From assembly GCA_022820025.1 (NCBI GenBank), contig JAJEGF010000038.1:72827-136826 (forward strand): a DNA stretch of 64,000 nt, in the 5' to 3' direction. The notes beneath the pieces are model-generated. The model searched no databases. It saw only the letters and a program-made list of their open reading frames with translations, and was not told the DNA's origin. The position numbers and the translations under genes are program-made. Numbering within the stretch: position 1 is the first letter of the stretch; each line of letters starts with the position of its first letter. Source of the stretch: Chloroflexota bacterium. Its GTDB lineage: Bacteria; Chloroflexota; UBA11872. Shown piece after piece: positions 39,776 through 48,808 of the stretch.

Positions 39776-40018
39776 TTAAGGGAGCAGTCGTAGGCGGAAT
39801 CGCCGGGCAATGCCCACACTTCTGCAGGTGCCCATACTCGCCAGATAGCCTTCAATGGCCTCCCGGACATTCGCCAGCGCCTCGTCCCTCGTCCGCCCCT
39901 GGCTATGACACCCCGGCAACGCCGGACAACTCGCCACCACCCAACCGTCTTCGTCGGCCTCAAAGACCACTTCTAGCTTCAGCGCGGACCTGCCTGCTGC
40001 GCCGGCGCTTGCACTCAC
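39776..40018 (-). CDS. HicB-like (UPF0150) antitoxin-domain protein, no adjacent HicA
   Basis: LKLEVVFEADEDGWVVASCPALPGCHSQGRTRDEALANVREAIEGYL. Confidence 0.55.
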   Translation of the reverse strand: MSASAGAAGRSALKLEVVFEADEDGWVVASCPALPGCHSQGRTRDEALANVREAIEGYLASMGTCRSVGIARRFRLRLLP

Positions 40019-40317
40019 CCGGCGGCCCCAACCAATTCCACCTTGAGCCGCTTACCCAGCGCGGCGGCCGCCTTCTGCAGCGTGAGCAGGGTGACCGATG
40101 GGTTGTCAGGATCAAGTAGACGATCCAGCGCGGCCCGGCTGGTGTGCATGCGCCGCGCCATCTCGGCCTTGCTCAGCTGCGCGTCGGCCATCGTCTGGCT
40201 GATCTGCCACGCCAGGACGCGCTTCACCGCGGCCGCCTCCGCTTCGGCTAGAGTGCCGTCCGCTTCCAGCAGGCTATCGAGCGTCGAGCCCTCGTGAGGA
40301 TTGGTTGCATTTGTCAT
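40015..40317 (-). CDS. Xre/HigA-type antitoxin-like protein with C-terminal HTH
   Basis: LSKAEMARRMHTSRAALDRLLDPDNPSVTLLTLQKAAAALGKRLKVELV; ATG at 40317. Confidence 0.6.
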   Translation of the reverse strand: MTNATNPHEGSTLDSLLEADGTLAEAEAAAVKRVLAWQISQTMADAQLSKAEMARRMHTSRAALDRLLDPDNPSVTLLTLQKAAAALGKRLKVELVGAAG

Positions 40318-40502
40318 CGTGCGGTCTCTCAGCAGCGTTCGCGACCCCAGAGAATGTTCGCTACGGCGACCATGGGCACCAAAAATGATACACCGGGGAA
40401 GTATCACGAGACGTCAGCCGGGTCCGAATGCGACCTTCTGCGTACAGGTAGTTGCTACATCCCGCCAAGAAACACGCGGGACCGATAGCGGCAAGATTGC
40501 TG

Positions 40503-40799
40503 CTACGAAGCCTTCACAGCCGACACCCGCAGTCCCAATCCCAACGCCTGCATGACTTTGAGCACGGTGGCCAACTCCGGATTGCCGGTGGGTGACAGGG
40601 CCTTGTAGAGGCTCTCACGCCCCAGGCCGGCGTCGGCGGCGACTTGGGTCATGCCGCGGGCCCTGGCAACGTCGCCAAGGGCGGCCGCGATCAGCGCCGG
40701 GTCGCCGTCCTCGAAGGCCCCCTCCAGGTAGGCAACGATGTCCTCGTCGCTTTCCAGGTGATCCGCCGCGTCCCATGGACGGGTCCGTGTCGTCGCCAT
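40503..40799 (-). CDS. Addiction-module antidote protein, HigA family (TIGR02684-like)
   Basis: MATTRTRPWDAADHLESDEDIVAYLEGAFEDGDPALIAAALGDVARARGMTQVA...LYKALSPTGNPELATVLKVMQALGL. Confidence 0.7.
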   Translation of the reverse strand: MATTRTRPWDAADHLESDEDIVAYLEGAFEDGDPALIAAALGDVARARGMTQVAADAGLGRESLYKALSPTGNPELATVLKVMQALGLGLRVSAVKAS

Positions 40800-40910
40800 G
40801 CCCATGTCCCCCCACAGCCTTCGCGCCAGCCGATCACGAAGCCTTCCAAACCAGCGCGCATAGACATCGGTCTGTCGAACCTCGACTTGCACTCCCGTAG
40901 TGTATCCCAC
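40800..40910 (-). pseudogene. Remnant (about 35 codons) of a HigB/RelE-type addiction-module killer gene fused in-frame to the antidote
   Basis: VGYTTGVQVEVRQTDVYARWFGRLRDRLARRL matches only the N-terminus of killer proteins (about 100 aa expected). The remainder is missing. Confidence 0.5.
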
Positions 40911-40965
40911 GGGATACGCACCGCAAGTGACCCTGCTCGGCGCCAGGAGCTACGAGCGGTACAGC

Positions 40966-42051
40966 CTAGTCGGCCTCTACCTCCCGCCACGCCTCCGCCA
41001 AATGCTCCTGCACCTTCACTGGCAGCCCCGTCCGGCTGCTTTCGATCGCGGCCGTCACCAGCGCCACCGACTGCAGGTTGTCGATCACGTTCGTCTCCAT
41101 CGCCTCGCTGCCCTCCAGCCAGCGCACGAACTTCTCGATCAGCCACACGTGGCCCCAGAACGGCTGCTCCAGCCACGGGACGGTGTCGCCGTCGCCTTCG
41201 GCCTTGATGCGAGCATTGCGCGTCGGGTCGAACGGGAAGCACTCCAGGCGGTCCGATCCGAGGACCAGCGTCGCCCCTTCGCACTCGGCGCGCGTGTTCT
41301 CGCGGCCCCAGCCGTCCAGCCCCACGGCGTTCACCTTGGAGCCCTCGTAGGTGGCTCGCACGCCGTTCTCGAACTCCATCGTCACCAGCGCCTGGGCGTC
41401 GCCGGCAAATGCGCTCCAGGTGGGATTCCAGGTCCGGGCGTAGATGGTGTCGCACTTCGCGCCGGCTAGGTCGGCCAGGATGTCCAGGTGGTGCACCGAC
41501 CCCTCCACCAGCAGCGGATCGTCCATCTGGTAACGAAAGCCGAGCCCCCACGCCCCCAGCTGGCGCGCCTCCTGTGTGAACCGGAACACCAGGTAGTTCA
41601 AGTCTCCGTAGCGTCCCGACCGCAGGCTCTCGCGCATTGTCGTCTTGTACTGGTTGAAGCGATGGCTCATCGTCACCGCCATCTTCTTGCCGGCCTTTGT
41701 CACCTTGTCGGCAATCCGAACCGACCCCACCAGCGTGTCCGCAATCGGCTTCTCCGAGAGGATGTGCAGGTCGTGGGCCACCGCCTGGTCAACGATCTCC
41801 TCGTGCGAGTACGGCGGCACGACCACGGTGCAGAAATCGGCCGGGTTCTCGTCGAACGCGCGCTGGATGTCCGTGTAGCACTGCGCCTCACCTAGTCCAA
41901 GGTGCTCCCGGGCGTTCGCCAGCACCTCCGGATTCGTATCAACCGCGGCCACGACCTCGATCAGCCCCGCCTCAACGTGCGGCGGCAGGAAGTCCCGACA
42001 CCAAGTCGCCCCCATCCCGCCCGTCCCAACCTGGATCATTCGCAGGGCCAT
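40966..42051 (-). CDS. Gfo/Idh/MocA family oxidoreductase
   Basis: MALRMIQVGTGGMGATW... Rossmann N-terminus. Confidence 0.85.
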   Translation of the reverse strand: MALRMIQVGTGGMGATWCRDFLPPHVEAGLIEVVAAVDTNPEVLANAREHLGLGEAQCYTDIQRAFDENPADFCTVVVPPYSHEEIVDQAVAHDLHILSEKPIADTLVGSVRIADKVTKAGKKMAVTMSHRFNQYKTTMRESLRSGRYGDLNYLVFRFTQEARQLGAWGLGFRYQMDDPLLVEGSVHHLDILADLAGAKCDTIYARTWNPTWSAFAGDAQALVTMEFENGVRATYEGSKVNAVGLDGWGRENTRAECEGATLVLGSDRLECFPFDPTRNARIKAEGDGDTVPWLEQPFWGHVWLIEKFVRWLEGSEAMETNVIDNLQSVALVTAAIESSRTGLPVKVQEHLAEAWREVEAD

Positions 42052-42282
42052 GCTTGGATCTCCTGGGAGCGTCCGTTCGGCGATACGCTCGCCGAGGACA
42101 CAACGTCACTCACCACGATAGACGCTGCCCCACCTGCGGCGCCGCCCCGAAAGCGGCCAGGGCTCGACCGATAACCGGCAGTGTCTTCGGCTTGTGCGAC
42201 AGGGCTAACTGCCGGCCCGCAGCCCCTCGAACTGGAGACCCCTGCCAACCCCCCCCCCTCGCCCCGCAAGCCGCGTCCGCTC

Positions 42283-42490
42283 TTGCTCCCTCTCCCTCTG
42301 GAAACCCTCGCAAGACCCGAGGGGCCGAGGGTGCGCGATGTCAATCTCTTCAAGGGGGCGCCGCGCTTTCCCCTCTCCTGGGGGAGAGGCAGATTCGGGC
42401 GTCTTCGGCCGAAATCGGTGAGGGGTCTTCCGAGCAACCAACCCCGAGTTACGCAAAGGTCTCTCCTGGGGGAGAGGGTTGGGCTCAGGG
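42283..42490. repeat. Dispersed intergenic repeat, copy A (MITE/REP-like)
   Basis: Shares gtgtcaatctcttcaaggggcgccgc, gcaaccaaccccgagttacgcaaaggtctc and ctctcctgggggagagg hairpin modules with copies at about 50.8, 52.1 and 57.9 kb. Confidence 0.5.
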
Positions 42491-42513
42491 TCTTCCGCGC
42501 ACCCAACCACCGG

Positions 42514-43902
42514 TTATACCAGCGACTCGAACTGGTGATACACCGGCGTCTCGCCCGCCTCCGTCACAAATACCGAATACACGCTGGCCCGCCGCGCCAT
42601 CACGCGGATCCGCGTCCGCTGGCCAATCGGCGCTTCGGCCTGCCCAACCCCCCGCCACTCCACCCGGTGCGCCGTGGAGTCGCCCGTGATAGGCCGACAG
42701 TCCGCCGCCGTAAACCCCGGCAACGGCCGCGCCTCCGCGTCCTGCAATTCCATCCGGACCTCGCCATCGTCCGCCGTGCGCGCGTTGACGAAGACCTCAA
42801 CTGATGGCGGAACGAAAATGACCGTCCCGAGTTCGGCCGCTGTGTCGCCCGCCCGCAGCGCCACGAACCGGTCCGGCTTCAGCCGCGCCAGGCCCAGGCC
42901 GGCCTCCTGCGGATTCACTTCCCAGCGGCTGGAGTGCCGTTCGTTCGTGCCGGCGTAGTAGTAGCGAATCTCGTCCTCCAGGAAGACCGGCTGCGAGGCC
43001 GGCTGCAAATTGCCCGAGTCCCACTCGTCCGCGGCCCCGTTCGGAATGAACGCGGTGCCCTGCTCGGCTCGGTGCCAGGCCGTACCGGTCCGCGCGTAGG
43101 CCAACTCCGGCGTCTGCAGACCGTCCATCTTGTTCGGCCCATGGTCGTCGCGGTCGGTGGCGTAGATCCAGAGCGTGCCCACTTCATACGGCCCGTAGGC
43201 GCAGGCGCCCAACCCGTAGAACTGCGTTTGCGGTGGGTCTCCCGAGTCCGGTTCCAGCACCATCTGCGGCTCGCCGGACCAGTGCAAAAAGTCCCACGAC
43301 TCGCTTCGAAACACCCGTCGCCCGTATCCGGCCATGCGGTGGTACGCCGCGAACCGCCCATCCGGCGCTCGCAGAAAACCCATGGGGCAGTCGGGCATCG
43401 TGGCAACGGCCGGCTGGATCCGACCGGCAAACCTCCGCGCCGGTTCCCAGTGAATCCCGTCCGCGCTATGAAACGCCGACACGCATCCCGACGGCTCGGC
43501 GCCCGTCAGCAGCTTGTACCGCCAGGCCGGCCGAGGGTCCTGAAGGTCCTCGATAATCGCGGGGCCGGTCTGCCCGGCGGCGAACACGATATTGGTCGGC
43601 CGCCCGCCGTCCCTGAACACATCCAGGTCGGGCTTGCGCCAGTGCAGCCCGTCGTCGCTCTCCGCGTAGGCCAGCTGTTCGGTCCAGGGCGCTTCGATGA
43701 CCTCGTACCAGGCCCGAAACCGCCCATCCGCCGCCCGGATCACGCTCCCGAACAGCTGCATGTTCCCGTGCTCCCACGGCAGGTCCGGCCTCATCAGCGG
43801 CGCATCCGGATGCTTCACCGGCTGCTCAACCGCCCGCGCGAATCCCTCCACGTACTCCAAGTCCCAATAGTCAAAAAACAGCAGCTTCTTCATCCACGTC
43901 AC
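42514..43902 (-). CDS. BNR/Asp-box repeat beta-propeller protein (sialidase-superfamily glycoside-hydrolase-like), paralog 1
   Basis: Asp-box-like SDDGLHW, SADGIHW, ARTGTAW; 462 aa. Confidence 0.65.
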   Translation of the reverse strand: MTWMKKLLFFDYWDLEYVEGFARAVEQPVKHPDAPLMRPDLPWEHGNMQLFGSVIRAADGRFRAWYEVIEAPWTEQLAYAESDDGLHWRKPDLDVFRDGGRPTNIVFAAGQTGPAIIEDLQDPRPAWRYKLLTGAEPSGCVSAFHSADGIHWEPARRFAGRIQPAVATMPDCPMGFLRAPDGRFAAYHRMAGYGRRVFRSESWDFLHWSGEPQMVLEPDSGDPPQTQFYGLGACAYGPYEVGTLWIYATDRDDHGPNKMDGLQTPELAYARTGTAWHRAEQGTAFIPNGAADEWDSGNLQPASQPVFLEDEIRYYYAGTNERHSSRWEVNPQEAGLGLARLKPDRFVALRAGDTAAELGTVIFVPPSVEVFVNARTADDGEVRMELQDAEARPLPGFTAADCRPITGDSTAHRVEWRGVGQAEAPIGQRTRIRVMARRASVYSVFVTEAGETPVYHQFESLV

Positions 43903-44019
43903 TCCTGTCCCGTCGGTACGCCTCGGGCCGTGCGGCCGTTGCTATCCCGCAGGGCGGTGCCCGGATCCGTGGTCAATTGTCGCCGCCCCGCCGTTGGCGT
44001 GGCCCGGTGCAGGAACTCC

Positions 44020-45426
44020 CTACCAGGCCTCGTTCTCCGGCCGCAGCGCCTCGAACTGGTGGTAGACGGGCGACTCGCCCGGCTCCGTCACGAAAACCGA
44101 ATACAGCGACGCCCGCCGCGCCGTCAGCCGGATGCGCGTTGGTTGACCGATTGGCGCTTCGGCCTGCCCAACACCGCGCCACTCCACCCGGTGTACCGTC
44201 GAGTCCCCACTGATCGGCCGGCAGTCCCCCGCCGAGAACCCCGCCAGCGGCCGCGCCTCCTGGTCCTGCAACTCCACCCGCAATTCCCCATCCGCCTCCG
44301 TCCGAGCGTTGACATATACGTCAGCCGACGGCGGCTTGAACGCAATCGTTCCCAGCTCCGCCGGCGCCTCGCCCGCCCGCAGCGCCACGAATCGGTCCGG
44401 CTTCAACCGCGCCATGCCCAGCCCGGCCTCCTGCGGTTCCAGCTCCCAGTGCCGCGAGTGCCGCACGTTCGTCCCCGCGTAGTAGTAGCGAATCTCATCG
44501 TCCAAAAAGACCGGCTGCGAGGCCGCCTGCAGATTCCCGCAATCCCACTCGTCCGCGGCCCCGTTGGGAATGAACGCCGTGCCCGGTTCCGCCCGGTGCC
44601 AGGCCGTCCCGGCCCGCGCATAGGCCAGCTCCGGCGTCTGCAGGCCGTGCGCCTTGCCCGGTCCATGGTCGTCCGGATCGGTCGCATAGATCCACAGCGT
44701 CCCCAGCTCGTACGGCCCGTAGGCACAAGCGCCCAACCCGTAGAACTGCGTCTGCGGCGGGTCGACGGCATCCGGCTCCAGCACCATCCTCGGTTCGCCC
44801 GACCAGTGCGCGAAATCCCACGACTCACTCCGAAACACCCGCCGTCCATACCCGGACATCCGGTGATACGCCGCAAACCGCCCGTCCGGCGCCCGCAGGA
44901 AACCGATCGGACAATCCGGCGCCGTCGCGATCACCGGCTGCACCTGCCCGCCAAACATCCGCGCCGACTCCCAGTGCACACCGTCCGCGCTATGGAACGC
45001 GGCCATGCACCCCGACGGCTCTGCGCCCGTCAGCAGCTTGAACCGGAACTCCGGCCGCGGATCCTCCCGGTCCTCGACAACCGCGGACCCCAGCGGCTCC
45101 CCGTCGAACACGATGTTGGTCGATTGCCCACCGTCCCTGAACACATCCAGTTCCGGCTTCCGCCAGCGCAGCCCGTCGTCGCTCTCGGCGTAGGCCAGCC
45201 GCACCCGCCAGGGCGCCTCCACCACCTCGTACCACGCCCGAAACCGCCCGTCCGCCCCCTGCAGCACGCTCCCGAACATCTGCATGTTCCCGTGCTCCCA
45301 CGGCAACTCCGGCCGCAGCAACGGCGCCCCCGCCTCCTTCACCGGCGACTCCACCGCCCGCGCAAACCCCTCCACGTACTCCAACTCGCGATAGTCCAGG
45401 AAAAGCAGCTTCTTCACCGGCACCAC
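44020..45426 (-). CDS. BNR/Asp-box repeat beta-propeller protein, paralog 2 (tandem duplicate)
   Basis: About 85% identical to 42514..43902 over the full length. Confidence 0.65.
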   Translation of the reverse strand: MVPVKKLLFLDYRELEYVEGFARAVESPVKEAGAPLLRPELPWEHGNMQMFGSVLQGADGRFRAWYEVVEAPWRVRLAYAESDDGLRWRKPELDVFRDGGQSTNIVFDGEPLGSAVVEDREDPRPEFRFKLLTGAEPSGCMAAFHSADGVHWESARMFGGQVQPVIATAPDCPIGFLRAPDGRFAAYHRMSGYGRRVFRSESWDFAHWSGEPRMVLEPDAVDPPQTQFYGLGACAYGPYELGTLWIYATDPDDHGPGKAHGLQTPELAYARAGTAWHRAEPGTAFIPNGAADEWDCGNLQAASQPVFLDDEIRYYYAGTNVRHSRHWELEPQEAGLGMARLKPDRFVALRAGEAPAELGTIAFKPPSADVYVNARTEADGELRVELQDQEARPLAGFSAGDCRPISGDSTVHRVEWRGVGQAEAPIGQPTRIRLTARRASLYSVFVTEPGESPVYHQFEALRPENEAW

Positions 45427-45480
45427 TCCTGCCGCCTGGCGACACCGACAGACTTCGAGCTTACGGCTCCTCGCGCTCGC

Positions 45481-45903
45481 CTAAGCGTCTACCAACTCGA
45501 TGAGGTCACCATATCGGCGAAAGTCCGCGCCGTTGAACGTCAGTAGCCGGCGTTCGCCGTGGGTGAGCATCGTCGCCACGATGTTTGCGTCGTGAATCTG
45601 CCGTCCACCAACCGGGAAGTCCCGGCATAGGCCTAACAGCGACTCGGTAACAAGGGAGCCGTCCTCGAGAATCTCGAAGTTGCGAAGCAGTCGGCTGACG
45701 TCAGCAAGGGAGTCTTCTCGGGTGATGCCCACCGGCCAGGTCTGCGGACGTGTGACGACGGACAGGTACTCGCGTATGACCTGCCGGCTGATTCTCAGCG
45801 GCTCAGGGTCTCGAAACGCACGCTCCAGGCTAGCCCGAGCAGCGTCGTGGTCTGGCGCGCCGGGAATACGGGAGTTCACCAGCACGTCGGTGTCGATAAA
45901 CAT
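45481..45903 (-). CDS. PIN-domain (VapC-like) protein
   Basis: MFIDTDVLVNS...; ATG at 45903. Confidence 0.65.
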   Translation of the reverse strand: MFIDTDVLVNSRIPGAPDHDAARASLERAFRDPEPLRISRQVIREYLSVVTRPQTWPVGITREDSLADVSRLLRNFEILEDGSLVTESLLGLCRDFPVGGRQIHDANIVATMLTHGERRLLTFNGADFRRYGDLIELVDA

Positions 45904-45911
45904 GGCGGCGG

Positions 45912-46316
45912 CTAGACCCGCTCCTCGTAGAGGTCCTCTCGCCTGAGGCTCAGGCCTTTGGGCCACACCGCCGTGGGGTGGACCGGCCATGCCTCGTCGA
46001 GCGAAGGCCTGGCTTCAGGCCTGGGGTGACTTCGTCTGAACAGCAGCGTCTCCGCATCCATATTGACCTCCGCCGTCTCCCATCCCGCGACGCTCCACGC
46101 CAGCGCATGGCTGTGTCCGTTGCTGCGCTTCTGGTTTCCCCACCAGGGGCGGTGGAGTCGCGCGGACGGCGGCAGTTGGAATCCAACGACTGCCTCGATC
46201 TCGACAAAAGAGGTCCTCCACTCGTTGGCATGAAGACTTCGCAGGTAGCTGTACAGCCGCTGGTACTTACCCCGCAGCACCACCTGCTGGTACTTGTCCC
46301 TTCTGTCCACGACCAT
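45912..46316 (-). CDS. Hypothetical protein immediately upstream of the PIN gene (candidate cognate partner)
   Basis: 134 aa, MVVDRRDKYQQVVLRGKYQRLYSYLRSL...VEIEAVVGFQLPPSARLHRPWWGN..HSHALAW; lower GC than surroundings; stop 9 nt before the PIN start. Confidence 0.45.
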   Translation of the reverse strand: MVVDRRDKYQQVVLRGKYQRLYSYLRSLHANEWRTSFVEIEAVVGFQLPPSARLHRPWWGNQKRSNGHSHALAWSVAGWETAEVNMDAETLLFRRSHPRPEARPSLDEAWPVHPTAVWPKGLSLRREDLYEERV

Positions 46317-46384
46317 GTCATGCCTGCTCTCGGTTGGCCTGCTCGGAGGGAATCCGCGCGGCCAAGTATATGGTAGTGAGTTAG

Positions 46385-46563
46385 TGACCCCACCTCGCCG
46401 CCAGGACCACGCTGCCCAACAGCCGGTTGTTGCCCTGCTCCCATGGCAACTCCGGCCGCAGCAACGGCGCCCCCGCATCCTTCACCGGCGACTCCACCGC
46501 CCGCGCAAAGCCATCCATGTACTCCAACTCGCGATAGTCGAAAAAGAGCAAGCTTTTTCATCG
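46385..46563 (-). pseudogene. 5' fragment of a third BNR-family paralog with a frameshift
   Basis: Nucleotide similarity to the first ~170 nt of 44020..45426. A one-base insertion in a T-run (ctttttcgac) shifts the frame after MKKLALF, and similarity ends abruptly at about 46385. Confidence 0.6.
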
Positions 46564-46623
46564 ACACGACTCCCGCGCCTTTGGGGCGCCTGGGCCAGCC
46601 CGGCAGTCGCTGGATGTACTTCC

Positions 46624-46700
46624 CATGAGCCTGGTCGACAGATGAGAGCCTCCGTACTCGGCAGGGGGAATTGACAGACCCAACCGAGCGGAGGCTCTCA
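46624..46700. other. Long inverted repeat (candidate structured RNA or terminator)
   Basis: ATGAGAGCCTCCG-tactcgg...ccgag-CGGAGGCTCTCAT: 13-bp perfect arms extended by CTCGG/CCGAG, with a ~22-nt loop. Confidence 0.45.
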
Positions 46701-47215
46701 TGGCGCTTCCGAGGCGCTAGCGCGTCTAGCCTGTCAGGAGGCCGCCTCCGCTGACCTCCGAGCCGGTACCCGAGATGCGCGCGGGCCGTCGGGCTCTAGC
46801 CGCCGTCCCTGACTGGCGTCCTCGTGCCACGCGGCTTGAAATCGAACTCGTCGCTATCGGCGCAGGCCCCAACGGTGGACGCCACCGCGACTCCGAGGAT
46901 CAGAACAGAAACCGCGAGCAGACGGCGACGGCCGAGTTTCGGATCACGTCTTCCCCGCATCGATGCGTCCCCTGCGCATGGCGAGCGGCGGGTGGCCCCC
47001 ACGATTGCTCCTACGGACCACCGCCGCCCCAGGCGCCCGAGTCTAGCCCAGGCCGCTCTTCCGAGATACCAGGCCAACGACTGCCTGCGAGCACGTCGGA
47101 GATCCGCGACCAGGCGTAGTTCCCGCAGACAGCGTTGATGGATCGGCGCGTGAAGGCGACCATGACCCACGCGCGACCGGTCTCACGAGTCAGCGTGCCA
47201 GCCGGGTCGGTTCAC

Positions 47216-48121
47216 ATGCAGCAGGAGCGACCAGTGCAACGGAACGCGGACAGCAACACAGGCGGAGCCTGCAGCGCACCGCTGCGCCTTCCCGACCTTG
47301 TACGCGATCTGATCAGCCTCGGCGTCCGCCCCGGCGACCTCCTCATGGTCCACAGCTCCCTCCGTAGCATCGGACTCGTCGAGGGCGGACCGGAAACCGT
47401 AGTCGATGCCCTCCTGCAAGCCCTTGGGCCCCAGGGCACCCTGGTCGTCCCCACGTTCACCTACCCGACGGCCGGGGATCCCGCGTTCGTTTTCGATCCA
47501 TTGCACACGCCCTCCCAGATGGGCGCGATCTCGGAGGCGGCACGCCAGCGACCCAACGCCCACCGCAGCATCCACCTCGCGCACAGCATCGCCGCCATCG
47601 GGCCGCTGGCCCAGACCATCGCCACCTCCGGCGGCGCCTCAGGCTGGGACGCCGACAGCCCCATGCGGCAGGTATTCGATCGCAACGGGCGCTACCTGCT
47701 GCTCGGCGTCCCCTACCAGAACCTCACCGCCATGCACCTGTGCGAGGTGTGGCTGGGACTTCCGTACCGGCAGCCTCGTACGTCGGAAGGCCGCATGCGT
47801 CATCCCGACGGCTCCACCACGCCCCTGGTCAACATCGGCACCCCGCCGCTGCCCGGCCACCCCGGCAGCGACTACAACCGGCTCGGCCAGCACATGGAAG
47901 ACGCGGGCCTGGTCAGGCTCGGCCCCGTAGGCAACGCCATCGCCCGCCTGCTCGACGCCGACGACTTTCGTGCAGCAGCCCGCGAACTCACCCGCCATGA
48001 CCCAAGCGGCTTCCTCCAGCAGGGCGACGCCGTCACCAATCTGACCTACGGCTACACGGTCACTTCAGACAAGGGCGAACACTGCGTGGTCGACCCGACC
48101 CGCATGTACGGCGCCACCTGA
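47216..48121 (+). CDS. Aminoglycoside N(3)-acetyltransferase (AAC(3) family)
   Basis: LLMVHSSLRSIGLVEGGPETVVDALLQALGPQGTLVVPTFTY, diagnostic of AAC(3). An upstream alternative start exists at 47135. Confidence 0.75.
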   Translation: MQQERPVQRNADSNTGGACSAPLRLPDLVRDLISLGVRPGDLLMVHSSLRSIGLVEGGPETVVDALLQALGPQGTLVVPTFTYPTAGDPAFVFDPLHTPSQMGAISEAARQRPNAHRSIHLAHSIAAIGPLAQTIATSGGASGWDADSPMRQVFDRNGRYLLLGVPYQNLTAMHLCEVWLGLPYRQPRTSEGRMRHPDGSTTPLVNIGTPPLPGHPGSDYNRLGQHMEDAGLVRLGPVGNAIARLLDADDFRAAARELTRHDPSGFLQQGDAVTNLTYGYTVTSDKGEHCVVDPTRMYGAT

Positions 48122-48209
48122 GGCTCAAGGCCGACACGTCGTAGCGGCCCAACCTCAAGCCCGAGCGCACCCGCGCTATCCTGTTCTTACGCGCATCGAG
48201 GCACAGTCC

Positions 48210-48446
48210 ATGGCAACAACTGTCGAGGCCCGGCCCGAGTGGCTGCCCGACGAATTCGAACACGAACAGGTCACGCGTCAGGAGGTCTGGGACGAACTGG
48301 ACCGCGACGCACGGCGCCACTTTGGTCTGACGGCTGACGAATTCCTGCGCATCTACAGAGATCCACCCGGGCGGTACCAGGGCGACGTGATCTTTCGATC
48401 ACTGACCTATCTCGCCCGGATCCTTGATCAACCCAGCCAGACCTAG
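48210..48446 (+). CDS. Small acidic protein A1 (unknown function), first copy of a duplicated cassette
   Basis: MATTVEARPEWLPDEFEHEQVTRQEVWDELDRDARRHFGLTADEFLRIY...; paralog of 48572..48808. Confidence 0.5.
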   Translation: MATTVEARPEWLPDEFEHEQVTRQEVWDELDRDARRHFGLTADEFLRIYRDPPGRYQGDVIFRSLTYLARILDQPSQT

Positions 48447-48571
48447 CAGCCAGCGAGCCGCCAGAGACTTCCTGCGCCGTATCCGCAATGCGGTCATACA
48501 GCCCAGTCCAAAGAAGGTCAGGAATGCGCCCTTCGCGCTATCCTGACCCTATCCACAGCGAGACACGCCGA

Positions 48572-48808
48572 ATGGCAACAACAATCGACGAGCGGCCCGA
48601 GTGGCTGCCCGACGAATATCAGCACGTCGTGGTCACACGTGAAGAGGTTTGGGCGGAACTGGACCAGGAGGCGCGGCGGCTCTTCGGCCTGACGGCCGAC
48701 GAGTTTCTACGCATATTCCGGAATCCGCCGGAGCAGTACCACGGCGATCTGGATTTCCGGTCGCTGTGCCACATAGCTGACCTGGTTGCCGAGCCCATCG
48801 AGCTATAG
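48572..48808 (+). CDS. Small acidic protein A2 (paralog of A1)
   Basis: MATTIDERPEWLPDEYQHVVVTREEVWAELDQEARRLFGLTADEFLRIF...; also shares the upstream cgcgctatcctg motif with A1. Confidence 0.5.
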   Translation: MATTIDERPEWLPDEYQHVVVTREEVWAELDQEARRLFGLTADEFLRIFRNPPEQYHGDLDFRSLCHIADLVAEPIEL

